Shown piece after piece: positions 18,008 through 26,121 of a stretch of DNA of 26,121 nucleotides. A model generated the notes under the pieces. The model ran no database searches, had not been told where the DNA came from, and saw nothing but the letters and a program-made list of their open reading frames with translations. Position 1 is the first letter of the stretch. Every line of letters begins with the position of its first letter. The translations under genes were made by a program, and so were the position numbers. This DNA comes from an uncultured archaeon (GTDB lineage: Archaea; Asgardarchaeota; Lokiarchaeia; Sigyniarchaeales; SOKP01): contig CAZGJX010000052.1 in assembly GCA_964525635.1 (NCBI GenBank), positions 1,632 to 27,752 of the forward strand, given 5' to 3'.

Positions 18008-18231
18008 TATTTTTTAAAATATCTATCCATTTCCTTTTTATAATTCTTTCTTTGATTAAGTAAAATTGATTAGGTTTTCTAAAAGTATGTTTAATTATTT
18101 ATTTATATGTCAAAATTACATTTAAATTAATTCAGTATATTTTATTTATGATTGTTTCAAAATTTTATTAAATTTTATTACATTTACTTTAATAATTTCT
18201 ATTATTTTCCACTTATCTAATAATTAAAAAT

Positions 18232-20508
18232 TTGCTTAAGATGTTATCTACATTACGAATTATATCAGAATTTCGAAAAATTTTAGGAGATATTGGAGCT
18301 TATCCTATTTTTTTTTTCTGTCTCTATATAATCATACCTATTATTTTAATTGCTTCTATCGTATGTCTAATTTTAATTTATCGAAAAATTAATTCCTTAG
18401 AAAAAAAAACTGTAAAAATGAGGGAAATTAGTAATTATATTAGAGATGGAGCAAAAATTTATCTTAAAGATCAAGCAAAATCATTATTTGTTATCCTAGG
18501 TATTTTATTTATCCCAGTTGGTTTAACAGGTATCGAATTTTTAGATAATCCTTTTTTGGGAATTATTTTAACTGGTATCATCTTTCTAATTGGTTCTCTC
18601 AGTTCTTTATTTGCTGGATATATCGGGATGATTGCTGCAACAAAAACAAATATTCTTGTTGTCGAAGCTTCTATTGATGATCCAAATGAAGGTTTTAGAT
18701 TATCATATTATGGGGGAATGATAACAGGCATATTAAACATATCAATGTTTGTATTAGGAATATGGCTAATTTTAATGGTCACAAATGGAAACATCTATTT
18801 AATGATAAGTTATGATTTTGGAGCCAGCGTCTCAGCATTACTAGCACAAGTTGGAGGAGGAATATATACTAAAAGTGCTGATATGGGAGCTGATTTAGTG
18901 GGAAAATATGAAATGGATATTAAAGAAGATGATCCAAGAAATCCTGCGATAATTGCCGATTTAGTTGGAGATAATGTAGGGGATTGTGCAGGTAGGGGTG
19001 CAGATTTATTTGAAAGTGCATCATCGGATGCTATTGGAGGAATGGTCTTAGGTTTAACAATTTTCTTATTAATAGGTGATCCTATATTTATTATTTCAGA
19101 TTTAACCTTAATTGCATTAGGTATGTTTTCGTTATTTTTTACTACATTCTTCCTGAAAATTGATTTTAAAAATCCATCAAAAAGTATTTGGAGAGTCTTC
19201 ATTGCATCAACATTATTTAATATTATAATCTTAATTATCGTTAATTTACTCTTCTTTGGTATTTTAGGAATTTTATTAATGATTTCAAGTTTGATAGGTT
19301 TAGCCGCTGTTTTTATTACAATTATATTTACAACCTATTACACAAGAATGGAATATACACCAACAAAAAAAGTAGCTGTTGCTTCTGAAATAAGTCCTTC
19401 AGTAAATATTATAGCAGGATTATCTACAGGATTTCGATCGGTTTTTTTCCCAATGGTAGTATTTGCTATTTCTATAGTTGGAGCATATATATTTGGATCT
19501 TTTACAGGAGATTTATATATTGATATAAATGGTCAACCAAATGAAAATATATTAGGAAATACAATAGAACCCTTTTTTTTTTCAATTGCTTTTGGTGTTT
19601 GGGGTGTAAATATGGCTTCGGTATCATCAGATTCTATTATCAGTACAATATTAAGTTTTGATACATTTGGACCAATAGCGGATAATGCAGCAGGAATCGC
19701 AGAAATGGGAAATGAAGAAGCGCCTCCATCCTTAAGAGATAATTTAGATAAATTGGATGCGATTGGTAATACTACTAAAGCAGTAGCGAAAGGGTTTGCT
19801 CTTGTATGTGGAGGTTTCAGTAGTATAGTAATGTTTTTAACATTTTTATTAACCACAAGCACTTTAGCTGGTCAGATTCCTAGTCCTATAGCAGAGACTG
19901 ACCTTTCAAATATATTTTTTAATATAAACCTCTATAATCCTCTAATTATTTTGGGATTATGCATCGGAACGGTTCTTTCAGTGTTGTTTACAGCGATGAT
20001 ATTTAAGGGCGTTCTAAAAGGTTCCATGAAAGTGGTAATAGAAGTAAGACATCAATTTAAAACTGTTCCTGGTTTAAAAGAAGGAAATAGCAAACCTGAT
20101 TATGAAAGATGTATTAATATTTCTGCAAAAAATGCCTTAAAATATATGATGCAACCTGTATTAGCAATAATAGGTATTGAATTATTGATAGGAATATTAT
20201 TTGGCCCTATGGTAATAGCTGCTTTCTTAGTAGGAAATCTAATAGGGTGCTTAATTATGGGATTATGGCAAAGTATAGGAGGTGCTAGTTTTGATAATGC
20301 CAAAAAGGCTATTGAAGCAGGATTATTTGGGGGGAAAGGAAGTTTTGCACATAAATCTGCGATAATAGGTGATACTGTTGGGGATCCTTTAAAAGATGCT
20401 GCTGGACCAAGTATGAATATTCTTATTACGACAATTAATACATTAGCTTTAACTTTCCTACCTGTCTTCATTATGACAGGATTTTTATGGAACCTAATAC
20501 CCATCTAA
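18232..20508 (+). CDS. hppA: Membrane-bound H+-translocating pyrophosphatase, K+-independent type (start may be ATG 18241)
   Basis: GGGIYTKSADMGADLVGK, EDDPRNP, DNVGD, GPIADNAAGIAEM, LDAIGNTTKA, DNAKK, GDTVGDPLKD. Confidence 0.95.
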   Translation: MLKMLSTLRIISEFRKILGDIGAYPIFFFCLYIIIPIILIASIVCLILIYRKINSLEKKTVKMREISNYIRDGAKIYLKDQAKSLFVILGILFIPVGLTGIEFLDNPFLGIILTGIIFLIGSLSSLFAGYIGMIAATKTNILVVEASIDDPNEGFRLSYYGGMITGILNISMFVLGIWLILMVTNGNIYLMISYDFGASVSALLAQVGGGIYTKSADMGADLVGKYEMDIKEDDPRNPAIIADLVGDNVGDCAGRGADLFESASSDAIGGMVLGLTIFLLIGDPIFIISDLTLIALGMFSLFFTTFFLKIDFKNPSKSIWRVFIASTLFNIIILIIVNLLFFGILGILLMISSLIGLAAVFITIIFTTYYTRMEYTPTKKVAVASEISPSVNIIAGLSTGFRSVFFPMVVFAISIVGAYIFGSFTGDLYIDINGQPNENILGNTIEPFFFSIAFGVWGVNMASVSSDSIISTILSFDTFGPIADNAAGIAEMGNEEAPPSLRDNLDKLDAIGNTTKAVAKGFALVCGGFSSIVMFLTFLLTTSTLAGQIPSPIAETDLSNIFFNINLYNPLIILGLCIGTVLSVLFTAMIFKGVLKGSMKVVIEVRHQFKTVPGLKEGNSKPDYERCINISAKNALKYMMQPVLAIIGIELLIGILFGPMVIAAFLVGNLIGCLIMGLWQSIGGASFDNAKKAIEAGLFGGKGSFAHKSAIIGDTVGDPLKDAAGPSMNILITTINTLALTFLPVFIMTGFLWNLIPI

Positions 20509-20589
20509 ATAGAATATTCATCAGTAGATTACTAACTTATTTTTAATTATAGCAAAATATTTTTTATCTTTTTATATTAAAAATTATTA

Positions 20590-21207
20590 GTGGATATCAA
20601 AAGAGAATTTAGATTTGAATGTGTTAAATGTGGTAAATGCTGTACAGATGAAAATACATTAGTCAATGTTACATATTTAGATATTTTAAGAATTTATAAT
20701 GCATTAAATTTGAGTTTGGATGAATTAATCCACATTCTAGGCTTTTATGTTTTGAAAACCGATTTTTCAGAAGAAAATTTAAAAAAATTAGTTATAAATC
20801 CTATAAAAACAGAGAAAGGATTAGCTTTTGTTGGATTAAGGAAATTAGATGATGGACAATGTTATTTTTATAATAAAATAAAAAAAAAATGTTCAATCTA
20901 TAAAATCAGACCTAATTTTTGTCGTACTTTTCCTTTTTCTTTCGATTTAATTTCAAACAAAGAAAAAAAATCGAAACAAGATATAAAAATTAAATATACT
21001 CAAAAAGGTCTACAATATTGTATTGGAATTAATGAAAAAGCTCCTCTAATTAATAAAGAAGAATGGAAAAGACTTGGTGAATTAGTTTTGGAGAAATTAA
21101 AAAAAAATGAATATATATCAATAAAATGGAATAATTCTATTGAAAATAGACAAATTAATCCATCTGTCAGAAATTTTTTAAAATTCATATTGAATATAGA
21201 TAAATAG
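20590..21207 (+). CDS. YkgJ-family cysteine cluster protein
   Basis: FECVKCGKCC...CYFY...CSIYKIRPNFCRTFPF. Confidence 0.9.
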   Translation: MDIKREFRFECVKCGKCCTDENTLVNVTYLDILRIYNALNLSLDELIHILGFYVLKTDFSEENLKKLVINPIKTEKGLAFVGLRKLDDGQCYFYNKIKKKCSIYKIRPNFCRTFPFSFDLISNKEKKSKQDIKIKYTQKGLQYCIGINEKAPLINKEEWKRLGELVLEKLKKNEYISIKWNNSIENRQINPSVRNFLKFILNIDK

Positions 21208-21252
21208 AATTACAAGATAGATTTTTTTATTTATAACTTATTTATAAAGAAT

Positions 21253-22326
21253 TTATATTGTGCATTGACTGGATAGTAATGCCCAATATAACATACGTAA
21301 TTCTATTAGATATGCTATTGTATCAGTTTTCCATGAGAAATTTTCATTTTCTATTTCAGATTCGAAAAATTTAGTTACATTAAATATTTTTTCTAGTAAT
21401 GTTTTAACGAGTTTGGATTCCTCATCTTTTAATCCAAATAAATCAATAATTAACAGTATTTTTGCACATTGAGAAATATTTAATTCATTGAAATCTATTT
21501 TTTTTATTGTCTTTTTTAAAATATTATAATATTTATCTTTAAAACTTATTAAATTATTATTATTATCTATTAATTTAACGATTACTATCAATTCATATAA
21601 ATTAGATATAAAGTCTACGTGCTCCTTTTCATCAATTTGAATTTTGTGCAGCTTATCAATCAAATCCTTTGTATTTATATTTATTTCTGAATTAACTTTT
21701 TTAAGAAGATTTATACAATTAAAAAGATAATAGTTAGTACATAATTTTGTTGGATTAAAATATTTTAATTCTTCTGATAAAAAATTCTTTAATTTTCCAA
21801 TATTAATTATTTTACTATTATTTAATTGATTAGTTTCTAAAAGAAATGCCATACCATAAAAATTGCTAATTAAATCTGGAATTTGATTATGCTGATTTAT
21901 GAAAAGTGCATTGTTTGATTGTCTTTCTGCAAATGATTGGATTAGACTAATAGTAGCGGGTAAATCTCCATCAATCATTTTGAAAATAGATAGATATAAA
22001 TAAATAATTTCTAAATTTACATTATCTATGTGATTTATAAGAGAGACTAAGAGATTTGATTTATCGATATTAATTCTTTTCTTAATTTCTGGACTAAGAT
22101 GTGGAATATTTCTAAAATTATCTAAATAGGATGGATTTCTCTTATTGTTTGATTCATTAAAATCTTGATTATTAATTCCTATTTCTTTGGGTATGATATC
22201 TGATTTAATTACATGGTTTTTCTTATCAGACTTAAGTATTTCAATATTGTCCTTTATAGCATTCTTTAATTCTTTAATTATTTTATCCTCACTTTGCTCC
22301 ATGTCATCAGTCCTTTTATTTACCAT
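21253..22326 (-). CDS. Hypothetical helical protein
   Basis: 357-aa ORF with no recognised motif. Confidence 0.75.
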   Translation of the reverse strand: MVNKRTDDMEQSEDKIIKELKNAIKDNIEILKSDKKNHVIKSDIIPKEIGINNQDFNESNNKRNPSYLDNFRNIPHLSPEIKKRINIDKSNLLVSLINHIDNVNLEIIYLYLSIFKMIDGDLPATISLIQSFAERQSNNALFINQHNQIPDLISNFYGMAFLLETNQLNNSKIINIGKLKNFLSEELKYFNPTKLCTNYYLFNCINLLKKVNSEININTKDLIDKLHKIQIDEKEHVDFISNLYELIVIVKLIDNNNNLISFKDKYYNILKKTIKKIDFNELNISQCAKILLIIDLFGLKDEESKLVKTLLEKIFNVTKFFESEIENENFSWKTDTIAYLIELRMLYWALLSSQCTI

Positions 22327-22574
22327 TTTAAAATGTCTCTTGAATTTTTTTTACCCATTTCTCTATTAATACACATATACTCCTATAATTAAAATATTTG
22401 GGTATTTTCAATTTACTCATCTTGACCTTTTTAGTTTTTATTTTTATAATATTTAAATTTATTATAAATATAAATCCTAGACTATAAAATTGGAAGTCTT
22501 AAAATATTTAATTTAAATAATATTGATAAATTGAAAAATAAATAAATAAAAAAATTTAATTAACTTAGATTAAT

Positions 22575-22767
22575 TGAACTAATAATGTTTGAAAGCAATA
22601 GATTCATACTCCCTAATGTGATATTAGATAATACAGGATGATTCTCTAGCCAAAATAATATAAGAATTATAGAGATATAAATAATAAGAGAGTATTGATT
22701 TATAAAATAATATATGCGATTCATCCTTTTTCTTAAGTAGCCTACTTTCTCGCATTTAATTAGTAAA
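22575..22767 (+). mobile_element. Degenerate non-autonomous IS200/IS605-like remnant, about 190 bp
   Basis: Starts AAT|TGAACTA as at 5792-5801 and ends TTCTCGCATTTAATTAGTAAA as at 7131-7151; nested stems ATGCGA/TCGCAT and AAGTAG/CTACTT. Confidence 0.55.
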
Positions 22768-22784
22768 GTACGTGGTTATGGAAT

Positions 22785-23516
22785 TTGTTGAAATATAATA
22801 AAATAGCTCATGATTATAATAATAAAAGAAAAAAACCCTGGCGAGATTTTGTTTTTTTTTATGAAGATTTAAAGAATGATAAATATAAATTTAAAGGGAT
22901 TATTATAGATTTAGGATGTGCAAATGGGAGACATTTTGAGATTTTAAAAAACAAGAATAATAGATTAATTGGTATTGATAATTCGATCGAATTAATCAAT
23001 ATTGCCAACAAAAAATTACAAACCAACAATAATCTAAATTTGAATTTAAATGAAATACAACTGTTACTCGCAGATTTAAATAATTTACCCATTAGAAAGA
23101 ATACAATTAATGCTATATTCTCTATAGCTGTAATTCATCATATTATTACAAAACAATTAAGGTATGAATTTTTCTCAAAAATCTATAAACTAATGAAAAG
23201 TAATAGTTTAATGCTATTTACAGTATGGCGCAGGTGGCAAAAAAGATATAGATTTTATTTTTTAAAAATTTGGATTAAAAGAAAAGTAATAAGAATAAAT
23301 AAAAAGAAAAAAAACCACAAAAATTTAAAAGAATTTGGAGATATATTAATTCCTTGGAAAATTGCATCTAATGATCTCATGATTGATAGATTTTATCATT
23401 TATATTCATCTAGAGAGGTAAAAAAATCTTTAAAAAATTTTGTTATAAAGAGATTTGTTAAATTAGGCGGTCCAAATAAGAAAGATAATTTCTTTGTTTT
23501 AGCTCAAAAACTATAA
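22785..23516 (+). CDS. Class I SAM-dependent methyltransferase, Trm9/ALKBH8-like
   Basis: YNKIA..Y..KR..PW, IDLGCANGRH, GIDNS, SIAVIHHI, TVW, D..IPW, RFYHL. Confidence 0.82.
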   Translation: MLKYNKIAHDYNNKRKKPWRDFVFFYEDLKNDKYKFKGIIIDLGCANGRHFEILKNKNNRLIGIDNSIELINIANKKLQTNNNLNLNLNEIQLLLADLNNLPIRKNTINAIFSIAVIHHIITKQLRYEFFSKIYKLMKSNSLMLFTVWRRWQKRYRFYFLKIWIKRKVIRINKKKKNHKNLKEFGDILIPWKIASNDLMIDRFYHLYSSREVKKSLKNFVIKRFVKLGGPNKKDNFFVLAQKL

Positions 23517-23522
23517 ATTAAA

Positions 23523-24014
23523 TTAGTGGCAAATAAACGACTTATAAGCTTCTAATATATAAGGTTTATAATTAATATATTGCTCGGCAATTATACTTGT
23601 GTGTAATGAGAATAGTCTTTCCGTTAAATCACAATAAAATATACTATGGATCCCATTTTCACTGTAATATTGTTTTCTGATGATTTTAGAGCGAGATCCG
23701 AGCCAATAAGTAAATTCATGACTTCTTACCCAAGTATTTTCTTTTTCAGTAATTACCATATTAATTGCACTATAAACGTCAATAGAATTTTGAACTTCTT
23801 TATGGTGTAGAAAATTAAATCTATCTTTTTTCTCCCATTGAATTTCCATTTTAGCATTAGCACCCCAATTCTCATCATAATCATCATTTGTATGTAATAT
23901 AATCATACCTTTACTAATATCGCCATTAAATTCGATTTCTTTAAACCAAATAGGCATTCTGTTTATTTTTATATTACATTCTGGTTTTTCATAAACATAA
24001 TAAGTAAATTGCAT
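23523..24014 (-). CDS. Hypothetical protein
   Basis: 163-aa ORF with globular composition and no recognised motif. Confidence 0.75.
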   Translation of the reverse strand: MQFTYYVYEKPECNIKINRMPIWFKEIEFNGDISKGMIILHTNDDYDENWGANAKMEIQWEKKDRFNFLHHKEVQNSIDVYSAINMVITEKENTWVRSHEFTYWLGSRSKIIRKQYYSENGIHSIFYCDLTERLFSLHTSIIAEQYINYKPYILEAYKSFICH

Positions 24015-24123
24015 CTTTAATTTTTTGAAAGTTTATTATCAATAAATCAATAATATAGTCTCATTAAAATAAAGTTTTTTTAAAATGTATATTAAAAAAT
24101 AAATTAGATTTGTTTTAAGTGTT

Positions 24124-24738
24124 TTATTTACCTAATAATTGTTTTCCTTCTTCGATCCACTTTTTTATCGAATCTAGAGAAACCCCTTTTATCAACATAG
24201 ATAGTTCTTCTCCTGATTCTTTTATTAAATCTTCGACATTATTAACTCCAACTTCAGTGAATTTATCTTTTGTTTTAGGACCTAATCCTTGTAGATTAGT
24301 TAAAGGTGTTCCTGTTCCTTGACTAGGAATAACTTTTTGTTTTGGAATTTTCTGGGTTATAGGTTTTTCTATAGATACAGATTTCTTTGTAGAAATTGGT
24401 TTTGCTTTCTTCTCCTTGATAGGTTGTTTTTTTAATGGTTTTCTTTTTATTTTTTTAATCTCTGGTTTAAATGGAGTTCTTTTCTTTTCCTTTTTCTCAA
24501 AAGGTTCTCGTTTTTCTCCTTTCTTTTTTGGTACTTTTATTTTTTTCAATATTTCAACATTAAAATCATAAGTTGATTTTCGAAAATAATCTATTTTGGT
24601 ATTTATCTCTTTTAGTTGTTGTATTGTTTTACCAGCTTTTTTAATTTCTGATATAGAGAACCCATTTCCCTTGCGTTTATGATGAGTCTTTGCAGGAGAT
24701 TTTACTATTGCTACGATTTTTTCTTCCATTTTCAGCAC
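24124..24738 (-). CDS. rpl13e: Ribosomal protein eL13 with Lys-rich linker and C-terminal helix-hairpin-helix domain (start may be ATG 24729)
   Basis: AIVKSP..RKGNGFSISEIKKAG..IDYFRKSTYDFNVEILK (eL13); LTNLQGLGPKTKDKFTEVGV..IKGVS..KWIEEG (HhH). Confidence 0.85.
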   Translation of the reverse strand: MLKMEEKIVAIVKSPAKTHHKRKGNGFSISEIKKAGKTIQQLKEINTKIDYFRKSTYDFNVEILKKIKVPKKKGEKREPFEKKEKKRTPFKPEIKKIKRKPLKKQPIKEKKAKPISTKKSVSIEKPITQKIPKQKVIPSQGTGTPLTNLQGLGPKTKDKFTEVGVNNVEDLIKESGEELSMLIKGVSLDSIKKWIEEGKQLLGK

Positions 24739-24922
24739 TAAATAATAATTCTTATTAAAGTGTTTATAGTAATATTCTATAATTTTTATTTTTTTCTAAA
24801 ATATTATTTTTTAAAAATAAGACTCTTCATATTTAAGATTCTTTTTGAAAAATATTTTTTAATTTTAAAAGAACTCAGTCAAAAATTAAGTAAAAAAATC
24901 CTTTTTATATCAAAAGAATATA

Positions 24923-25564
24923 TTACCTTTTAATAAGTACTAAACTCTCTAACTTATCTAAAACATCATGTATCTCTCTCATAGATTTTTCAAATTTTCT
25001 TGAAATTTCTAAAGGAGAACTTTTACCATTACAATTAATGGCGACCAAATAATCAAAATCATTTATTATTCCCATAGAACGTATTTTCTGAAGAATATTT
25101 TTAATAACAATTAATTTAGGATAATCTTCCGCGATTTTCCCTCCCAATGTCATAATTTCAATATCGGCTGTAAAGATTTGAATTCTACTTTTATCAGTTG
25201 TCGAACGATATAATTCTATTTCAGATTGATGTTTCAGCCATAATCTACTACCAATTTTTTTTATTACATCTTTTATTTTCTCAATATTATCTTCTACATC
25301 TGATATGGAACAAATTAACATTCTCGATAAAGGATGGTAAAATAAAACAATTAAAGTACTTTCTGTCTCTATAGTTTTCATCAATTCATTTAAGTTCTTT
25401 CCTCTCGCAATATCTTTATGAATATTATCAATCATTATATTTACAGCATTAAAAAGATCAGGAAAAACGACACTTTCTTCTTCCACTTCTATAAATTCTT
25501 TAAATGTTGTATCTAAGACAGCTATACCATTATCTCCATCTATAAGATAAATCTTATATATCAA
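24923..25564 (-). CDS. Longin-like domain fused to a C-terminal winged-helix-like domain
   Basis: IYLIDGDNGIAVL..LFNAVNIMID..LIVLF..LICSISD; C-terminal CNGKSSPLEISRKF...IHDVLDKLESLVLI. Confidence 0.6.
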   Translation of the reverse strand: MIYKIYLIDGDNGIAVLDTTFKEFIEVEEESVVFPDLFNAVNIMIDNIHKDIARGKNLNELMKTIETESTLIVLFYHPLSRMLICSISDVEDNIEKIKDVIKKIGSRLWLKHQSEIELYRSTTDKSRIQIFTADIEIMTLGGKIAEDYPKLIVIKNILQKIRSMGIINDFDYLVAINCNGKSSPLEISRKFEKSMREIHDVLDKLESLVLIKR

Positions 25565-25737
25565 TTTTATAGTGAATTTAAGAATCTTATTTATTGAAAT
25601 AATAAAAATTCAGACTTATATTTTGAAGTCATATTTAATTTTATTATGAATATAATTTATAAAAATTTAGAATTCTATATTTAAAAATAAAATTAGAATT
25701 TTGTTGCATTGGCTTTTTAGATTATCAATCTTTTGTA

Positions 25738-26121
25738 CTAAATATAAGTATTAATTAATTCAACCAAATTAGTTGTTAAATCAGGTAAATTATTTTCAAT
25801 TTTCTCAATAATTATCTGATCATCTAATAATAATAGCAAATAAAGATTATATTTTACCACTTTTATTTTTTTAAATATCAATTTTTTTGAATCATCAGTG
25901 AGACCAAAAGTAACAATAAAATCTTTTTTAAGTAATTTAAATTCTTTAAATGTTTTATATAGAGTTTGAAAATATGGTGCAGATATTTCAAATACCTTTT
26001 CAGATATTTGATTTTTAGCATAACTTGATAAAATAATTCCACTTTCATTTATTAATAATAAAGCATCAGTACCCGTTTTTTTTGCAAATCTTTTTAATTG
26101 ATGTCGAAAGAGATCTCTATT
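25738..26121 (-). CDS. Partial CDS (3' end) with a roadblock-like domain, possibly the C-terminus of a Rag/Arf-like GTPase
   Basis: Open frame from the window edge: NRDLFRHQLKRFAKKTGTDALLLINESGIILSSY...YLLLLLDD...LINTYI*, TAG at 25738-25740. Confidence 0.65.
   Translation of the reverse strand, partial: NRDLFRHQLKRFAKKTGTDALLLINESGIILSSYAKNQISEKVFEISAPYFQTLYKTFKEFKLLKKDFIVTFGLTDDSKKLIFKKIKVVKYNLYLLLLLDDQIIIEKIENNLPDLTTNLVELINTYI

Noticed and set aside
1-26121. tRNA or rRNA genes
   Set aside because: No GC-rich intergenic segment with cloverleaf or rRNA signatures was seen.

Overview
Very AT-rich archaeal chromosomal window, most consistent with Asgard archaea (Lokiarchaeia/Promethearchaeota). 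The evidence is a Rab-like GTPase, longin/roadblock-like proteins, ribosomal eL13, Fwd-like genes, archaeal Ogg and a membrane PPase. The left part holds an intact four-gene fwdG/B/D/A-like operon with no fwdC. All three of its enzyme subunits carry substitutions at canonical catalytic or cofactor-binding residues. It is transcribed divergently from the Rab-like gene across a perfect 34-bp palindrome. Positions 5.8-9.3 kb are an accessory zone. It holds an ISH3-type IS inserted into the loop of an IS200/IS605-end-like hairpin. It also holds a decayed radical SAM-SPASM + creatininase pair that sits between two small paralogous helical proteins of opposite net charge, and a 50-aa ORF missed by the ORF track. 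The rest is mostly housekeeping: DUF89 phosphatase, thiolase, Ogg, PfkB kinase, K+-independent HppA lacking the gate lysine, YkgJ protein, Trm9-like methyltransferase, an eL13-HhH fusion and longin/roadblock genes. Reference residue numbers are recalled from the literature; no database searches were run.
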